Positions 1 to 12,918 of a stretch of 64,000 nucleotides of DNA are shown piece after piece. Location: positions 24,316,464-24,380,463 of the forward strand of contig NC_043011.1 in assembly GCF_006345805.1 (NCBI RefSeq). Reading direction: 5' to 3'. Position numbers and translations under genes: made by a program. This DNA is from Octopus sinensis (lineage: Eukaryota). Below the pieces are notes generated by a model. That model was not told where the DNA came from. It saw nothing but the letters and a program-made list of their open reading frames with translations, and did not search any database. Position 1 is the stretch's first letter. Each line of letters opens with the position of its first letter.

Positions 1-86
1 AACAGTTTCAGACGTCTTTAAAAAAAATACAGGTGTTACTCTTCTTCCATCTAGCTAAATCATATGATTTCTTTCTTTTCATTTGT

Positions 87-380
87 GAAGGCACATGGCC
101 TAGTGGTTAGAGCAGCAGACTCACAGTCGCGGGATCACAGGTTCGAATCTCAGACTGGGCGATGTGTGTGTTTATGAGCGAAACACCTAAGCTCCAGCAG
201 AAGGTAATGGCAAACTTCTGATGACTCTTTCGCCACAACTTTCCCTCACTCTTTCCTCCTGCATCTTGCAGCTCACCTGTGATGGACCGGCATCCCATCC
301 AGGTGGGGAACCTATATGCCAAGGAAACCGGGAAACCATCCCTTATGAACCAGGCATGGCACGAGAAGGAACAAACAAAA
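87..380 (+). mobile_element. tRNA-derived SINE (family B)
   Basis: A box TGGCCTAGTGG at 96-106, B box GGTTCGAATCT at 140-150, A-rich tail; related reverse copy at about 62355-62582. Confidence 0.8.
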
Positions 381-401
381 AAAAACTTTCTTTTCATTTA
401 A

Positions 402-602
402 CCCTTTTGTTCCAAAATTTATTTTGAAATACACTGCCTTCGTTTCAATTAATTGTAAAAATAATGAATTTTAGTAAAATAACTTTGTTGTTACCAAGCT
501 AGTTTTTTTTTAGCTTGGAAGGTTTTAATTTAAATCACTTTAAACCAGGAAAGTGATATCATAAGAACAAGGACAGTCTCAGGCAGGATGGTATCAAAAG
601 GG
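402..602. mobile_element. piggyBac-type MITE
   Basis: TTAA on both sides (398-401, 603-606); termini CCCTTTTG...CAAAAGGG; no coding capacity. Confidence 0.8.
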
Positions 603-746
603 TTAAAAAAATATATACCATGTTAAATATGGTACGGCATTGATCATTGCCTGGACCAATACTAGCCAAAACCTAAGTTTCTAAACACATCTTTGTTTCT
701 CTTTAAGATGGCTATAGTATTTAAACTATTTGTTAAATAACAATGC

Positions 747-747
<1 letters not shown>

Positions 748-802
<55 letters not shown>

Positions 803-915
803 ATACACACACACATGCATATATTCATGTGTACATATGTGTACACATATACACATACACTCACAATATATATATATGTATTATACACACACACACACAC
901 ACATACATATATATA
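748..915. repeat. compound (TA)n/(CA)n microsatellite
   Basis: Direct reading; source of the YIYI/THTH ORFs. Dozens of similar tracts occur across the window. Confidence 0.95.
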
Positions 916-1564
916 TTCGTATATTGGCTTTTTCTTTTCGTCTTTTGATAGCCCACATGGGTGTGCTTCATCAGTCAAAGAATAAAAAGAAAGAAAAATA
1001 TCATAAATCTATTGAATATTCCTTATTGTTGCCACAGATTTGACGAGACATAAATATTGATGATATTCACTAATGTTTAGTAATATTGGAAAAATTCACA
1101 TTCAGTTCACAAGACGTACCTGCAATTCTCTTTGGTAGCAGCTGTTGTGATGTTGAAATTGACCATATTATGACAGCTACAATGCATATGGATGATTAAT
1201 AAACATATATTTTAGTGGTTTTATTCTGATATAAAATATACAGGTTGATAATCAATTCGGTCATTGATTTCTTAAAGCAACTATATGCAAAGAATTTCTT
1301 CTTTGTTGCTCAGTGTTGATATGTAATAAAAATCATGTCTTATGTTGACTTATATCTTAGAAAGCCAAATTGGTTTTCTGCCAGCAATATGCTTAAACAG
1401 TATTTTGTCTTAGAAATTATTTAAATCTTACTACAGCTATACCTTAAAAATTATGGTTATTTTCAATTCAATATTTTAGACTCAGTTTTATTTTGGGATT
1501 TTTAAAGATAAATTTTCTTACTTTTTATTCTAAATACTTCAACTTTTTTATCCAATTTTACAAT

Positions 1565-1622
<58 letters not shown>

Positions 1623-1929
1623 AGCATTTGAATTTTATTCAGGATGTTAGACATCCCCTATAATAATAGGGGATGAAGAAGCAGATTTCAGTTCCAGAGA
1701 ATATCAAGTAAAATGTTATAACTAAAAGAGAAATTTTTCTAATTATCTTGCATGCATAAGCAAAAGCATAGTATTGTTATCACTCATCTTTGTTTGTGTG
1801 TTTGCAAAATTACTGGAAAACAGCTGAATGGATTTTCACCACATTTGGCAGAAATACTCATTGGGGGAGTGGCTCAAAATGATGATCATTTGGTTTGATT
1901 ATCTTTAAAAAAGAAAAGGATTTTTTAAA

Positions 1930-2495
1930 AAATCAAACTTGTAAATTTTCCGATAAGTAAGTGGTCATATTATTTTGTTCACTTTCTTTTCATATGAATT
2001 GCCCCTTGTCTGCGTGTGTATAGATCACGGTGTATCTATGCACATAGACATGTGTGCATACATACATACATGCATAAATACATACATAGATATGTGACTG
2101 TGTGTGTGTGTGTGCAGTGATGGATTTGGGGGTTTTACTTATTTACAACTTGATTTCTTAATTTCATCAGAGTATAAATACCTATAATGATGATACTTAA
2201 AAAAAAAAAAATTATCAAGAATTAAACTTACAAATTTCCTGATAAGCAAGTAGTCATATTATTTTGTTCACTTTCTTTTTCATATGAATTGCCCCTCATC
2301 TGTGTGTATACAGATCATGGTGTATCTATGCACATAGACACGTTTGTGTACATACATAAGCACTTACATAGATATGCAACTCTGTGTGTGCATATATGTG
2401 TGTACACTGATGGATTCAAGGGTTTCATTTATCTATGAGCTGATTTCTGAATTTCACTTAATAGAATTAGAATAATGGTGATACTTAAAAAATTA
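1930..2495. repeat. old tandem duplication, about 290 bp x2
   Basis: gataag(t/c)aagt(g/a)gtcatattattttgttcactttc recurs at about 1952 and 2241 with collinear, clearly diverged flanks. Confidence 0.85.
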
Positions 2496-2736
2496 GGGTA
2501 TGCATCGCCCCCTCCAATGCCTTTCTTTTTCGTTATTAATGCTTCAACTATTTTCTGACTTTTTTCCTTCTGGATTTGAATTGTTTAATGAGTTCTTTCT
2601 TGTTAGTATTGAAAAATGTTCAAAGTACCAAAGAATAAACAAATGTTATCAATTCTTTTTATTTAAAAGCATTTTTAAAAGAATTATATTATTTAGTTCA
2701 ACTAAAAAAATCTGTTTGAGGAATTATTTACTTTAA

Positions 2737-2951
2737 CACCTTTGTTACCATATTTCTGTTAAAATATACTGCTTTGTTTTAATCAATTTTGAAAGCAATG
2801 AAGAATTTAGTAAGATGTACCATTATTAAACTGGTTTTTGGAATTTGGCTTAAGAAAGTTTGATGGAAGGTTTTTAGTTTAGATCACTTAAAAATAGGAC
2901 ATTTGTATCATAGAACCAAAAGTGGTTTTAGGCAAGTTGATATCAAAAGTG
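2737..2951. mobile_element. piggyBac-type MITE, diverged copy of the 402-602 family
   Basis: TTAA-CACCTTTGTTACC...GATATCAAAAGTG-TAA; internal similarity to 402-602; a 3' fragment of the family also at 10320-10420. Confidence 0.7.
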
Positions 2952-3677
2952 TAAATAAGATTTCACACTCTTTTGTGCTGGAACTTTGCACACAAACAGC
3001 AATTATGACATAGATAAACAGGGCACATTATCCTATTAAATAGCAACTGATAAAACTAGAGCAGCAAATTAGATAGGGTGTTGAGCTACCAGGTGAAGGT
3101 TGATGGTTTGTCACCAAGATCCTCAGCTCATCTTGTTCCAGTACCCCTGACTGTAAATTGGTACCACAGGACTAGTGCAATATAAGCAGAATATAATAAT
3201 CAAGTTAAATGATAAATTTGGAGGACATTATTGGTGATTTGTTGTTGATTAGTACCAAGTTCAACCCTAATTGAGTAGATCTGTCATGAAAGGCATTCAA
3301 ATCAAAATAATCACCACATTGTTTAAAACATTATAAATCCAGGGTTACATTGCCTTGAATTTATGTTTCCTCTCTTTTTAAGATGGTAAAATGTGATTGC
3401 AGGAGGTGGGGAGGGGATTTGGCTGCTATTTCAAGCATGTTGAGTGACCACATATAGGAGCCCTCGTTGGCTCTTCTGATGGCCTGAGTCAGTAAATACT
3501 AAATATCATGCAAAATGTTTAGAAAGTGGAATAAGTTAATTTTCCCATGTGGATGAGAAGAGAACTAGTGTTTTAGGAAGATAATTTCATCTTAGAATGT
3601 TCAAAATGTCAAATCTCTCCACTTTATCACAATAAAATAAAATAATATTCCACTTTCTAAACATAATTATTTTTTAA

Positions 3678-4125
3678 GGGTGGTGAGGTAGTAGAATTGT
3701 TAATGCATCAAACAAAATGCTTTGTGACATTTTTTCTGGCTCTTTATATTCTGAGTTCAAATTCTGCAGAGGTTAACTTTGCCTTTCATGTTTTTGGGGT
3801 TGATTAAATAAGTACCAGTTGAGTACTGGGATCAATGTAATTGACTTAGCTCCCTCTCTTGAAATGTCTGGCCTTGTGCCAAAATTTGAAAGTGTTATTT
3901 AAGCCAGTGAGCTGGTAGAGCTTTTGAGCATCAGTAAAAATATATTGCAGCATTTCTTCTGGCTCTCTCCATTTTGGGTTCAAATCCTGCTGAGGTCAAC
4001 TGTTATATTCTCACCCTTCTTCCTTCTGGAGGTCAATAAAATAAATTACTGATGTGGTGCTAGGATTGATGGTACCAACTCATTCTCTCCCATCAAAATT
4101 GCAGGCCTTGTGTCTAAATTAGAAA
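3678..4125 (+). mobile_element. two adjacent SINE family C copies (3678-3895, 3903-4125)
   Basis: Shared ggtgag(c)tggcagaat...gagttcaaattc...gaggtcaactttgcctttcatc...aagtaccag motif, as at 18445-18640, 39350-39595 and 53660-54095. Confidence 0.75.
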
Positions 4126-4272
4126 CCATAATCATTAAATGTTTCATAAGCCTGCAATGATGAATTCAATGCTATCGGTGACTTTAGAATAAACATATTA
4201 GGAACTAACTCTATGATGTTCATCTTTGAAAGCCATGTAAATACTTGTATTAAACAAGGAGGGGCCCATTAA

Positions 4273-4447
4273 CCCTGTACCATTCAGATTACTCTGTCAA
4301 TTTATCATTCATTATCTTGTAGCTTTGAGATTGCAATGATGTGATTGTTAGTTTTTAGAATGACATTGCAGGGTAGGTGTGAGAGGCCTGATCTAGTCAG
4401 TTTAAACATGAAACAGGCCTGACATGGTCAGTTTGAATACTAAAGGG
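4273..4447. mobile_element. piggyBac-type MITE (second family)
   Basis: TTAA-CCCT...TAAAGGG-TTAT termini; a reverse fragment of the family lies at about 17030-17105. Confidence 0.6.
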
Positions 4448-4470
4448 TTATAAAAAAAAGCCCTAGATAT

Positions 4471-4628
4471 AGGCGCAGGCATGGCTGTGTGGTAAGAAGC
4501 TTGCTTCCCAACCACATGGTTCTGGGTTCAGTCCCATTGCGTAAAACACTGGGCAAGTGCCTTCTACTATAGACTAGGGTCAACCAAAGCTTTGTGAGTG
4601 GATTTGGTTGATGGAAACTGAATGAAGC

Positions 4629-4684
<56 letters not shown>

Positions 4685-4910
4685 GTATGTTTCTTTGTGT
4701 CTATGTTTGTCCTCCCACCATTGCTTGACAACCGATGTTGGTGTGTCCCTGTAACTTAACAGTCTGGCAAAAGAGGCTGATAGAATAAGTACTAGGCTTT
4801 TTTCAACAATGAGACCTGGGATTGATTTCTTTAATTAAAAAACCCCTTAAGGTGGTGCTTCAGCATGGCTGCAGTCAGATGACTGAAACAAGTAAAAGAA
4901 TAAAAGAATA
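4471..4910 (+). mobile_element. tRNA-derived SINE family A with internal microsatellite
   Basis: TGGCTGTGTGGTAAG A-box, GGGTTCAGTCCC B-box-like, CORE-like CTTGGGCAAGTG, internal (TA)n, 3' gactgaaacaagtaaaaga. Confidence 0.85.
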
Positions 4911-6624
4911 CTCCTAAATATGTTGAGGTGGTCATAGCTGGAATGTATATGTTTTCTCGATCAAGGTTGAGTCAATGTTAATCCTTACTTTGAAATAACA
5001 ACTTGGTTAATTAATTGTATTTTATTCTTTTGCTTGTTTTTTTTTTTTTTTTTTTGTTGTTAATTTAAAATTATATAACATAGATAACATAAATTAAAAA
5101 GCAGAACTAGCTATCATTTATCAAATTAGTACGTTTTTAATTACATATTGTATTAGAAATCTGAGTAATTAATATTGTGTTATGTAGTGTCATTCATAAA
5201 CTGTCTCTTTATCTGTTTGTCTGTCTATATCTCAATCTATTTAACCAGCTATCTTGTTATGCATACACATTCCCACTTCCCTCACTCTCTTTCTGTTTCT
5301 GTGTCTCTCTCTAGCTATCTATCATATATCTATATTTATCTATCTATATATATAGAGAGAGAGATATAGATATATAGCTATATACACATACACATTGCAA
5401 CTGCCCACTTTTCATTTCTTTCCCTCACTTCTTTCTCCTTCCCTCTATGTATCTTCTTTTTTTTTTATCTACCTTTCTGTCCATTTGCCTGTCTGTGCTT
5501 ACATTTCACTCACACACACTCACACATAGAGTTCAGACACATGCAAAGTACCACAAGAATATTGATAACCTTTGAAGAAAGCTTTTTCTGCACTGAAAAT
5601 GCAGCTAGCATAGATCCCCTGTGTGAAATAGGATTCAACACACTTCCTTACAAATTTGTTATCCAGAATTGTCTCACTAAAATAAATTCCAACATGATTG
5701 ACAGATAATTTTAGTTGGCAGAATAATCTCGAAAATACATTTTTTTTCATTCAGATTAAGTCAAGGAAAAGATATTTGGTTCTCAATGACTCAAGGCTAA
5801 CTCATTTTAAGTTGCTGTTGTTTAACCCTAGGTCATCCAGCATGCCTGTAATCAAAGGTGTTGTAGCTGTGATATTCTCACCATTGTCTAATCAAACATT
5901 CCATATCTAGTGAAGTTAGCATTAACACATTTAATGCAAGGAACAATATAAGTTCAGTTAAAAATGATTATGCAATGAATAAAAGGAAACAATATTTATC
6001 AATAGTTCTAATATTATTTTAGTTAATTTGACAGGTATGGGATACAACTGAAGACATGTTTTGATCTTATTGTAACATCATTAGTGAAAAATATACTTTC
6101 TCTCCTTACCATAGAATCACTGAATCTACAGAAGATTTATGTATTACTGATGAAGTCATAACTAGATCAGAACCTGACCAAGGTTGTCTCCAGTACTTGC
6201 CAAATGTATTAAAATAATATTACTCAATATTTTTTTCACTGTGTCCTTATATCTTGTTAGCTTATTATTGTTCCCTACATCAAAATTTACTAGCACTAAT
6301 TTAACTATTGTTTTCAGGTGGACTGAGATTTTGTAGTATATCTAAAAGTACATCAACCAGTGTATCCTTCCTTTTATGAATTTTTAAAATCAATTTCGAG
6401 AAAATGAGTATATGGTATTATAAAATCTCAGTTTCCATTCCACCTGGGGTTAGTGTCCTCTGTTAAAACCTTTGGTTAATTAATTATTTGTGTATGAAAT
6501 TCAGTTGAAGGAAATACAACATCCTACCATGTGTGTGTGTGTATGCATGCACACGTGTGTGGTGAGTCTTTGTTTTGTGTGTCATCACATTAACACCATT
6601 TGAACATTAGTGCATTGGCTTACC

Positions 6625-6795
6625 ATCATTAACATCATAGTCATTTAATGTCTGTTTTCTTTGCTGTTATAGATTGAACAGTTCAGCAGGGGCTGGCTGG
6701 CAAGCCAGAAGACTGTGTCAAGCTCCAGTGTCTGCTTTGACATGGTTCCTATGGTTGGATGCTCTTCCTAACACCAACCACTTCACAGTGTCTCT
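6625..6795 (-). mobile_element. RTE-type 3' tail fragment
   Basis: Reverse of the gtggttggcgttaggaagggcatcc...aaatgatgatg tail at 27155-27325. Confidence 0.6.
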
Positions 6796-7078
6796 CTCAT
6801 AGACTATACATTCCATAGCTCAGTGTGTTTTGTTGGTTTTGTATGAAAACAAATGGAATAAAGAATATGTTGCCTGATAAATGAGTAAGGGTTGATGACA
6901 GGAAGAGCATTTGGCTCTAGAGTGCAGCCTCAATTAATTTTGTCCAGCCTCTGTTAGAATGGAAAAAGTGGACATGAAAAAAATGACAACAATGATGATG
7001 ATTTTAGTACTTTAATGGGTTACAAATTATCTGTTGATAGTTATCGTATACTCTCTGAACTCAAAAAGCACTCTGACA

Positions 7079-8247
7079 TCTTATATATATTATAAAAGGC
7101 AACTTCTGTCTGTCTGTTACCATCATAGTGCTTAAACCAGCAAACCAATATTCACAAAACTTTGCATACATGTTACACTAACATCCAGTTCAACAATAGG
7201 TTAATTAGATTTTAATAAAAATCTACAATGTGCCCCCCCCCCGGGGGGGGGAGATTGGGTGAATTATATGATAAAATGAGAAGGGTGCAAAATGTATTAG
7301 TCGGAGGGAAATGCAGTAGCATTGTGAGAGTGACTTATATCAGGGAAGGGGAGAACAACATTATGTAAGTGAAAAATATTAAGTGGCAATGGGATGATAA
7401 TATTAATACAGCTGTCATATACACGCACATTGCATACATACTTTTATAAATACATAGATACAACACACACACAGAAAGGTGGGTGTGAGGAATATGTAGT
7501 TTTAGGGAGAGATGGAGTAGGTGGCTTTTCTGATGTCCATTGCAAAGAAACACTCACACAGGCACACATACATATGTCTACTATACTCCATTTTAAACTC
7601 ATGATAACCTGTGTGTACGTTTGTAATTGTGTGTGTGTGTGTGTGTGTCACATCCTATAACTGTCTGTCTCTCTACTATTGTAGGGTCTTCCCTGTTGCT
7701 GTCACATATTGTGAGATTTTAAAATAACGTCAACATTTTCAAATTTGGTATATTGAAATAATTTTCCACGATGAATCCAATTTTGTTATTCATTTGTTCA
7801 AGAAAAATTGCAGAAAAATGTTACTGAGGTTTAAAGTTTAATCAGTTTTACCTAATCAGAAAACAGGATTTGAAAGCAGGTATCTACATGATAGCTGCAT
7901 GATAGCTGGCATTTTCTGCATAATAGCTGTCTATCACAAAATGAAAGTAAAATCATAAGGAGGAAGAATTTTTATTAAACAAACCAAAGCAAAGCATTAC
8001 GATGATCAAAGTTGCAAGTACTTCTGAAGTTTTAATGAATAGTCATGTGAAACAGTCAAACAGACATGTAAATAATTTAAAAAGGAAAAAAATCCTCAAC
8101 AAAGTTTTTTGCGAAAAATTACACAAATCTGTCCTGATTAAGAGTCCTATCTCTCAGGGAAGTCATGGTCTGACATGGAATAAGCAAAAATTTAGAGAAG
8201 ACATTCTATTGTAAAAATTGGTTGTCAATGACGGGCTATTCAGCTAG
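7079..8247 (+). mobile_element. non-autonomous Helitron-like element
   Basis: 5' A^TCTTATATATATTATAAAAGGCAACTTCTGTCTGTCTG; 3' GACGGGCTATTCAGCTAG^T; inserted at an AT site. Confidence 0.6.
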
Positions 8248-8835
8248 TATACTATAAATGGGAGTCATTGTATCATTAAATAGGTTCGGTGTGTTTCTTA
8301 GTTGAAAGATCTTCTTACATGGTAAGGACATAACTGTTACTTTTATTTTATTTTATTTTCCCTGTAAAAAGGAAATACTGTTGTGCACAACATGAAGTCA
8401 GACAATATTTTATTATGAAGCCACATATTGTATGCAAACCCATTTAATTTATGCCAGTAGACCTGTCCAAACTTAAGAAAACATGTGAAACTGATTACAC
8501 TGTTGTTAACAATGGTAGAAGTGGGTAACAATTATTATCATGAAATTTAGACCATAGCAGTTGATTCATAGGTCAGATTCTCATCCACTGTTTTGCCTTG
8601 TCAGTCCACTGCTGACCTATTTTCCCAGAATGCTTCTTGTTCAGAGTAATATCAAGCTTAAGAGTTTGCTTACCCTTTCATTGCCAGATTTTTGTTGAAA
8701 CACAATGTTATTGTTTCATTAAAGTTTTAAAATAATGAAGAATTTAAGAAAATAACTTTGTCACTATGTTTTGAAACACATGAAATTTCGTTATTTACAT
8801 TTGACAGATATTTGTCTTCATCTTCTTTGTTGTTA

Positions 8836-8880
8836 ATACAACGTTTCGGCTGATATTCCCTCCAGCCTTCATGAGGTGTC
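8836..8880 (-). ncRNA. minimal type I hammerhead, G5 mutated
   Basis: ACAC-CTCATGA-A-GGCTG-gagggaatat-CAGCC-GAAA-CGT-T-GTAT. Confidence 0.7.
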
Positions 8881-9070
8881 TTGGGGAAATTTCGAACCCG
8901 GGTTCTCATTCCTAAGGTATTTTTCAATGTTATTATTATTATCATTATTATTATTATTATTACTATTCAGGTCACTGCCTGGAATCAAACTTGGAATCTT
9001 GGGTTAGTAGTCTGCACTCTTAATCACTACGCCATATGCCTGTGGGCAATAATGGAGTGAATTTTAGGGC

Positions 9071-9600
9071 TTATAAATCTAATATTTTCCTATCCTTCCT
9101 TAATACCGGTTCCCATATGCTATTCATATCTGCACTCGGTCTGCTTAGGAGGTTGGTGTGTCCTAGCATATGTGCTGCTTCTTTTAGTTTTTGTATTTTC
9201 CAGTGGTGTTCTATGTCTATTATTTTAGCTTCAATCCCACAAGGGGAGGTGGTCCCCATTTTTCCATACATGATCAGCTATACCCGATTTATCTATATCT
9301 CCTTGTGTCACAGCTTTGCAATGTTCCTCTACATTTATTTTGAGGGGGTGACATGTTTTGCCTTTGTATAACCTACCACAGCTGCATGGGATGGAGTACA
9401 CACAGTTATTAGTTATATTTTCTTCTATTGGCGGTTTTACTTGAAGGAGATATTTGCAAAGTGTTGTTTTACTCTTGAATACTCTCCTGATGTCATATGG
9501 GCTGCATATCTTTTGTATCTTTTCAGAGAGGCCTTTCACATAGGGTAGACAGACTGTGGACAGTTTATCGGTTTCATCCTCTCTCTTCTTCATAATTGGA
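9071..9600 (-). pseudogene. Penelope-like GIY-YIG endonuclease, disrupted
   Basis: ORF pieces 9231-9797 and 9071-9271: LPYVKGLSEKIQKIC...CVYSIPCSCGRLYKG...EAAHM. Confidence 0.85.
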
Positions 9601-9609
9601 GTGGATAAT

Positions 9610-10035
9610 ATGTCCACAATCTGTCTACTGTATGTGAAAGGCCTCTCTGAAAAGATACAAAAGATATGTGGCCCATATGACATCAGGACAATATTCAAGA
9701 GTAATACAATACTTTGCAAATATCCATGCAGCTGTGGTAGGTTATACAAAGGTGAAACATGCCACCCCATCAAAATAAGAGTAGATGAACATTGCAAAGC
9801 TGTGACACAAGGAGATATTGATAAATCGGATATAGCTGATCATGTATGGAAAAATGGAGACCACCTCCCCCTGTGGGATGAAGTTAAAATAATAGACAGA
9901 GAACACCACTGTAAAATATGAAAACTAAAAAAAAGCAGCACATATGCTAGGACACAACAACCTCCTAAGCAGACTGAGTGCAGATATGAATAGCATATGG
10001 GAACTGGTATTAAGGAAGGATAGGAAAATATTAGA
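9610..10035 (+). pseudogene. Penelope-like GIY-YIG endonuclease, second copy with internal deletion
   Basis: ORF 9556-9921; lacks LLQVKPPIEENITNNCVYSI relative to the left arm. Confidence 0.85.
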
Positions 10036-10206
10036 TTTATAAGCCCTAAAATTCACTCCATAATTGCCCACAGGCATATGGTGTAGTGGTTAAGAGTGCA
10101 GGCTACTAACCTCAATATTCCAAGTTTGATTCCAGGCAGTGACCTGAATAATAATAACATTGAAAAATGCTTTAGGAATGAGAACCCAGGTTGGAAATTT
10201 CTACCA

Positions 10207-10251
10207 GACACCCCATGAAGGCTGGAGGGTATATCAGCTGAAACGTTGCAA
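10207..10251 (+). ncRNA. minimal type I hammerhead, decayed
   Basis: ACAC-CCCATGA-A-GGCTG-gagggtatat-CAGCT-GAAA-CGT-T-GCAA. Confidence 0.55.
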
Positions 10252-10505
10252 GGTCTAATATCCATCAAATGTAAATAATGTACATAATTCCACATCTCTT
10301 AACTATAGAACTGAACATGAAATTTCGATGGAAGATTTTAATTTAGATCATTTTAATACTGGAAGTTTGAGTCACAGACCCAAAAATGGTCCCAGGCAGG
10401 TAGGTATCAAAAGGATTAAGCTTGTCAAGTTGCTAGCAACCAGTGTAACCAAAGTATGTCATTTTCTGCTTCCTCACAATGTTTACCAGCAGAAAGGGTT
10501 GCCTA

Positions 10506-10819
10506 CAGGGGTTCTCAACCATTTTTTTTTTATCTATGAACCCCTTTGATTACTATTTTATTTTTGTGAACCCCTATAGCCATTTCATGTTTAAAAACTA
10601 GATTTATAGATATTTCTTTCAAATTTCTTATTTTATTTGTCACACATTAACTTGTGTTGGATGAACATTAGAGAAAGAAATCTTACAATTTCTTGAAATA
10701 ACTACATGTTAAGTGAAATTTTTCATGGATCCTTAAAATACTACTTATGAATCCCCAATTTAATATTTGCTTGCAAGTACTCCCCAAAATCTTATATAGG
10801 CCCCAATTAAGAACCACTG
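10506..10819. mobile_element. hAT-type MITE
   Basis: CAGGGGTTCTCAACC ... AAGAACCACTG termini; right flank GTCTAGAA fits an NTCTAGAN target; left TSD does not match. Confidence 0.55.
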
Positions 10820-12887
10820 GTCTAGAAGGTATGTATGAGTCTTGCACCACAACTGAAACTGCTGACTTAGCACACTGTCACTAAAAATATATTATGCTTA
10901 TATGATCAGTTAAATGAGGAAAGTGGCTGGAAAAGGCCCATAACAAGTTTGATAACAAACAGGAAGCTTCTGGTTTAAAAATACATATTTATAAGTGGTG
11001 TGTCTTAAATTATTTAACTATAGAGTAGTTAAGTTTAGAAAGAAAATGTATGCAAAATAGTTATTTAGTTTATTTAAGTCACCTATTCTTATAACCATTT
11101 TTTATACTCCCTTCTGAATGCTTAACATAATTATAACAGATTTAGTTTCAGTCTGGAAATGAAAAAAAAAAACCATTGTGCTCATATTTATTCAATTCTC
11201 CAAAAAGGAAATCTGAGATGATGTGGACATGTGATTATGAATAATTGGACAGATGTTTGTAGACTGGTATTTTGTGGTAATCTTAAACTAGATGATATAG
11301 ACTGACATAAGAACTAAGACAGATTGAGGGCAGGACTAAATAGTTAGAGGTTATCTGGTAAATTATTTCTAATCCATTCAAGAGCTGGGAAACATATGTA
11401 AAATGTGGTGATGGATGATGTATCACAATACTATGGTGGCTTTTATCTGAACATTAATTACTTGATGTAATGCTATATGAGTTTTTATATCAACCATATG
11501 TCTATTTTATCTTAATGTAAACTATTAAAGTATTCTAGTGCATATGTACAGAATACATTGGAAATGTATTGGTAACATTTTCTTTCAACTATTTCCTGGA
11601 GTAACTTGAATTTTTTTTCTTTCAAAACAGCCATATTACTAAGTTATTAGAGTAACACCAAGTGATGATGGGAAGTGCATTTTACAACTAGAGTGGTGTA
11701 CAAAGAAAAGTTATGACTAAATGGTGAAGTAAAAAGGAAAAACAAAACAAAGAAAAACAGATATCAAATATTTCTTGAGGTGTGAAGTTCAACAGATTTA
11801 AAGAAGAGAGTAAAGGAAAAAAAAGCCATGACTTTTTTTTTTATTTTGTTCAAAGTATATTACATTTCTTTGTTGGTTGTATTTCTCTGACTAAAGTTCA
11901 GTCAAAAGGAAAAGAATAAAAATCTGCAAGAGATAAAAAAAAATATATATAACAGAACACTTACGTTGAGAGATATGTATTTTTTAATGGGCATTTATAG
12001 TCAGCTATGGCTAAGAATCTACCAGATGAATCAAAGATATGCTAACATTATCTGGTTTCGTTTCACAAATTTGTCTAAGAGTTTAACAGGGTTAAATCAT
12101 AGTTGTTAATTTGTGCTGATCGAAAGTCCTTTTCATTTATTTATCTATTTATTTTTGTCTTTCAATTATAAAATGCTTACATCCTTGATTGTATCTGTAG
12201 TAAGTGATCTCACATTAGCGCCAATCATGAGAATTTAATGGTCGTGACTCTAACAACTTAGAGAGATATGAAAAAAAAAAGCAAGAGAAAAACATGAAAA
12301 CTAAATGAATAACACTGTATAAGAACAAAGTTTCTTACATCTGTGCAGGCTGTAGAGCCACCACATGTAACTTGCCAAACCTTCTTCCATGGCTAGAGTT
12401 GTTGAATAATACTAACAGCTTTCTTCTATTGCTATGACATGAAATGAGAATCACTTAAGTGGTTCAAGTAGTAAGTCTACAGAGAAAAGAGAAGGAAAGA
12501 GTGTATGTTGAGAGGTTGTCAGAGATTAGCTACAAAAGGCTGATACAGAAAGAATACCACATATAATTTGCAAGTGTATAAGATAGAGAGGATAGGAGGA
12601 ATTAAGATTACAAAGCAAAGTGCTATATGTGCATAAGTATACTGTCTCAATGACGACAACAGAATAATATATTAATACAAATATGAATGGGTGTAATGGT
12701 ATTTGTATTTAAGAGAGATTGTTGTAATTTAACCTAAATAAGGTATCTAACACTCCCGCTGCCTCCTGATTTACTTATATATATATATATATATATATAT
12801 AAACATATAAATGTATCTATACATACGTATATATAAATACACACAAACACACACACACACATATGTATGTATATATATATACATAAT

Positions 12888-12918
<31 letters not shown>

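Larger units (their letters stand above)
8785..10285. mobile_element. Penelope-like element remnant, 3' end duplicated in inverted orientation
   Basis: Two GIY-YIG endonuclease fragments (VYSIPCSCGRLYKGKT...EH...SGIADHVW) on opposite strands point outward from a spacer of about 48 bp at 9575-9622; each arm continues into a tRNA-like box and a hammerhead. Confidence 0.9.

Noticed and set aside
930-980. CTGATGA...GAAA on the minus strand
   Set aside because: No stem II closure, no stem III or NUH site, no stem I.
662-1043. YIYI/THTH/CVCV ORFs here and throughout the track
   Set aside because: Translations of dinucleotide and tetranucleotide microsatellites.
1641-1675. CATCCCCTAT-AATA-ATAGGGGATG hairpin as a terminator or ribozyme
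   Set aside because: Isolated 10-bp stem with no catalytic core; bacterial terminator logic does not apply.
5520-5750. 76-aa minus-strand ORF as an exon
   Set aside because: The opposite strand is also open, the donor lies in microsatellite-like sequence, and no domain is recognisable.
8968-9040. Genuine tRNA gene (also 10075-10145, 90-160)
   Set aside because: No acceptor stem or full cloverleaf; embedded in repeats, so these are tRNA-derived promoter boxes only.
11630-11725. Strong plus-strand splice acceptor ttttctttcaaaacAG
   Set aside because: All three frames hit stops within about 30 nt.
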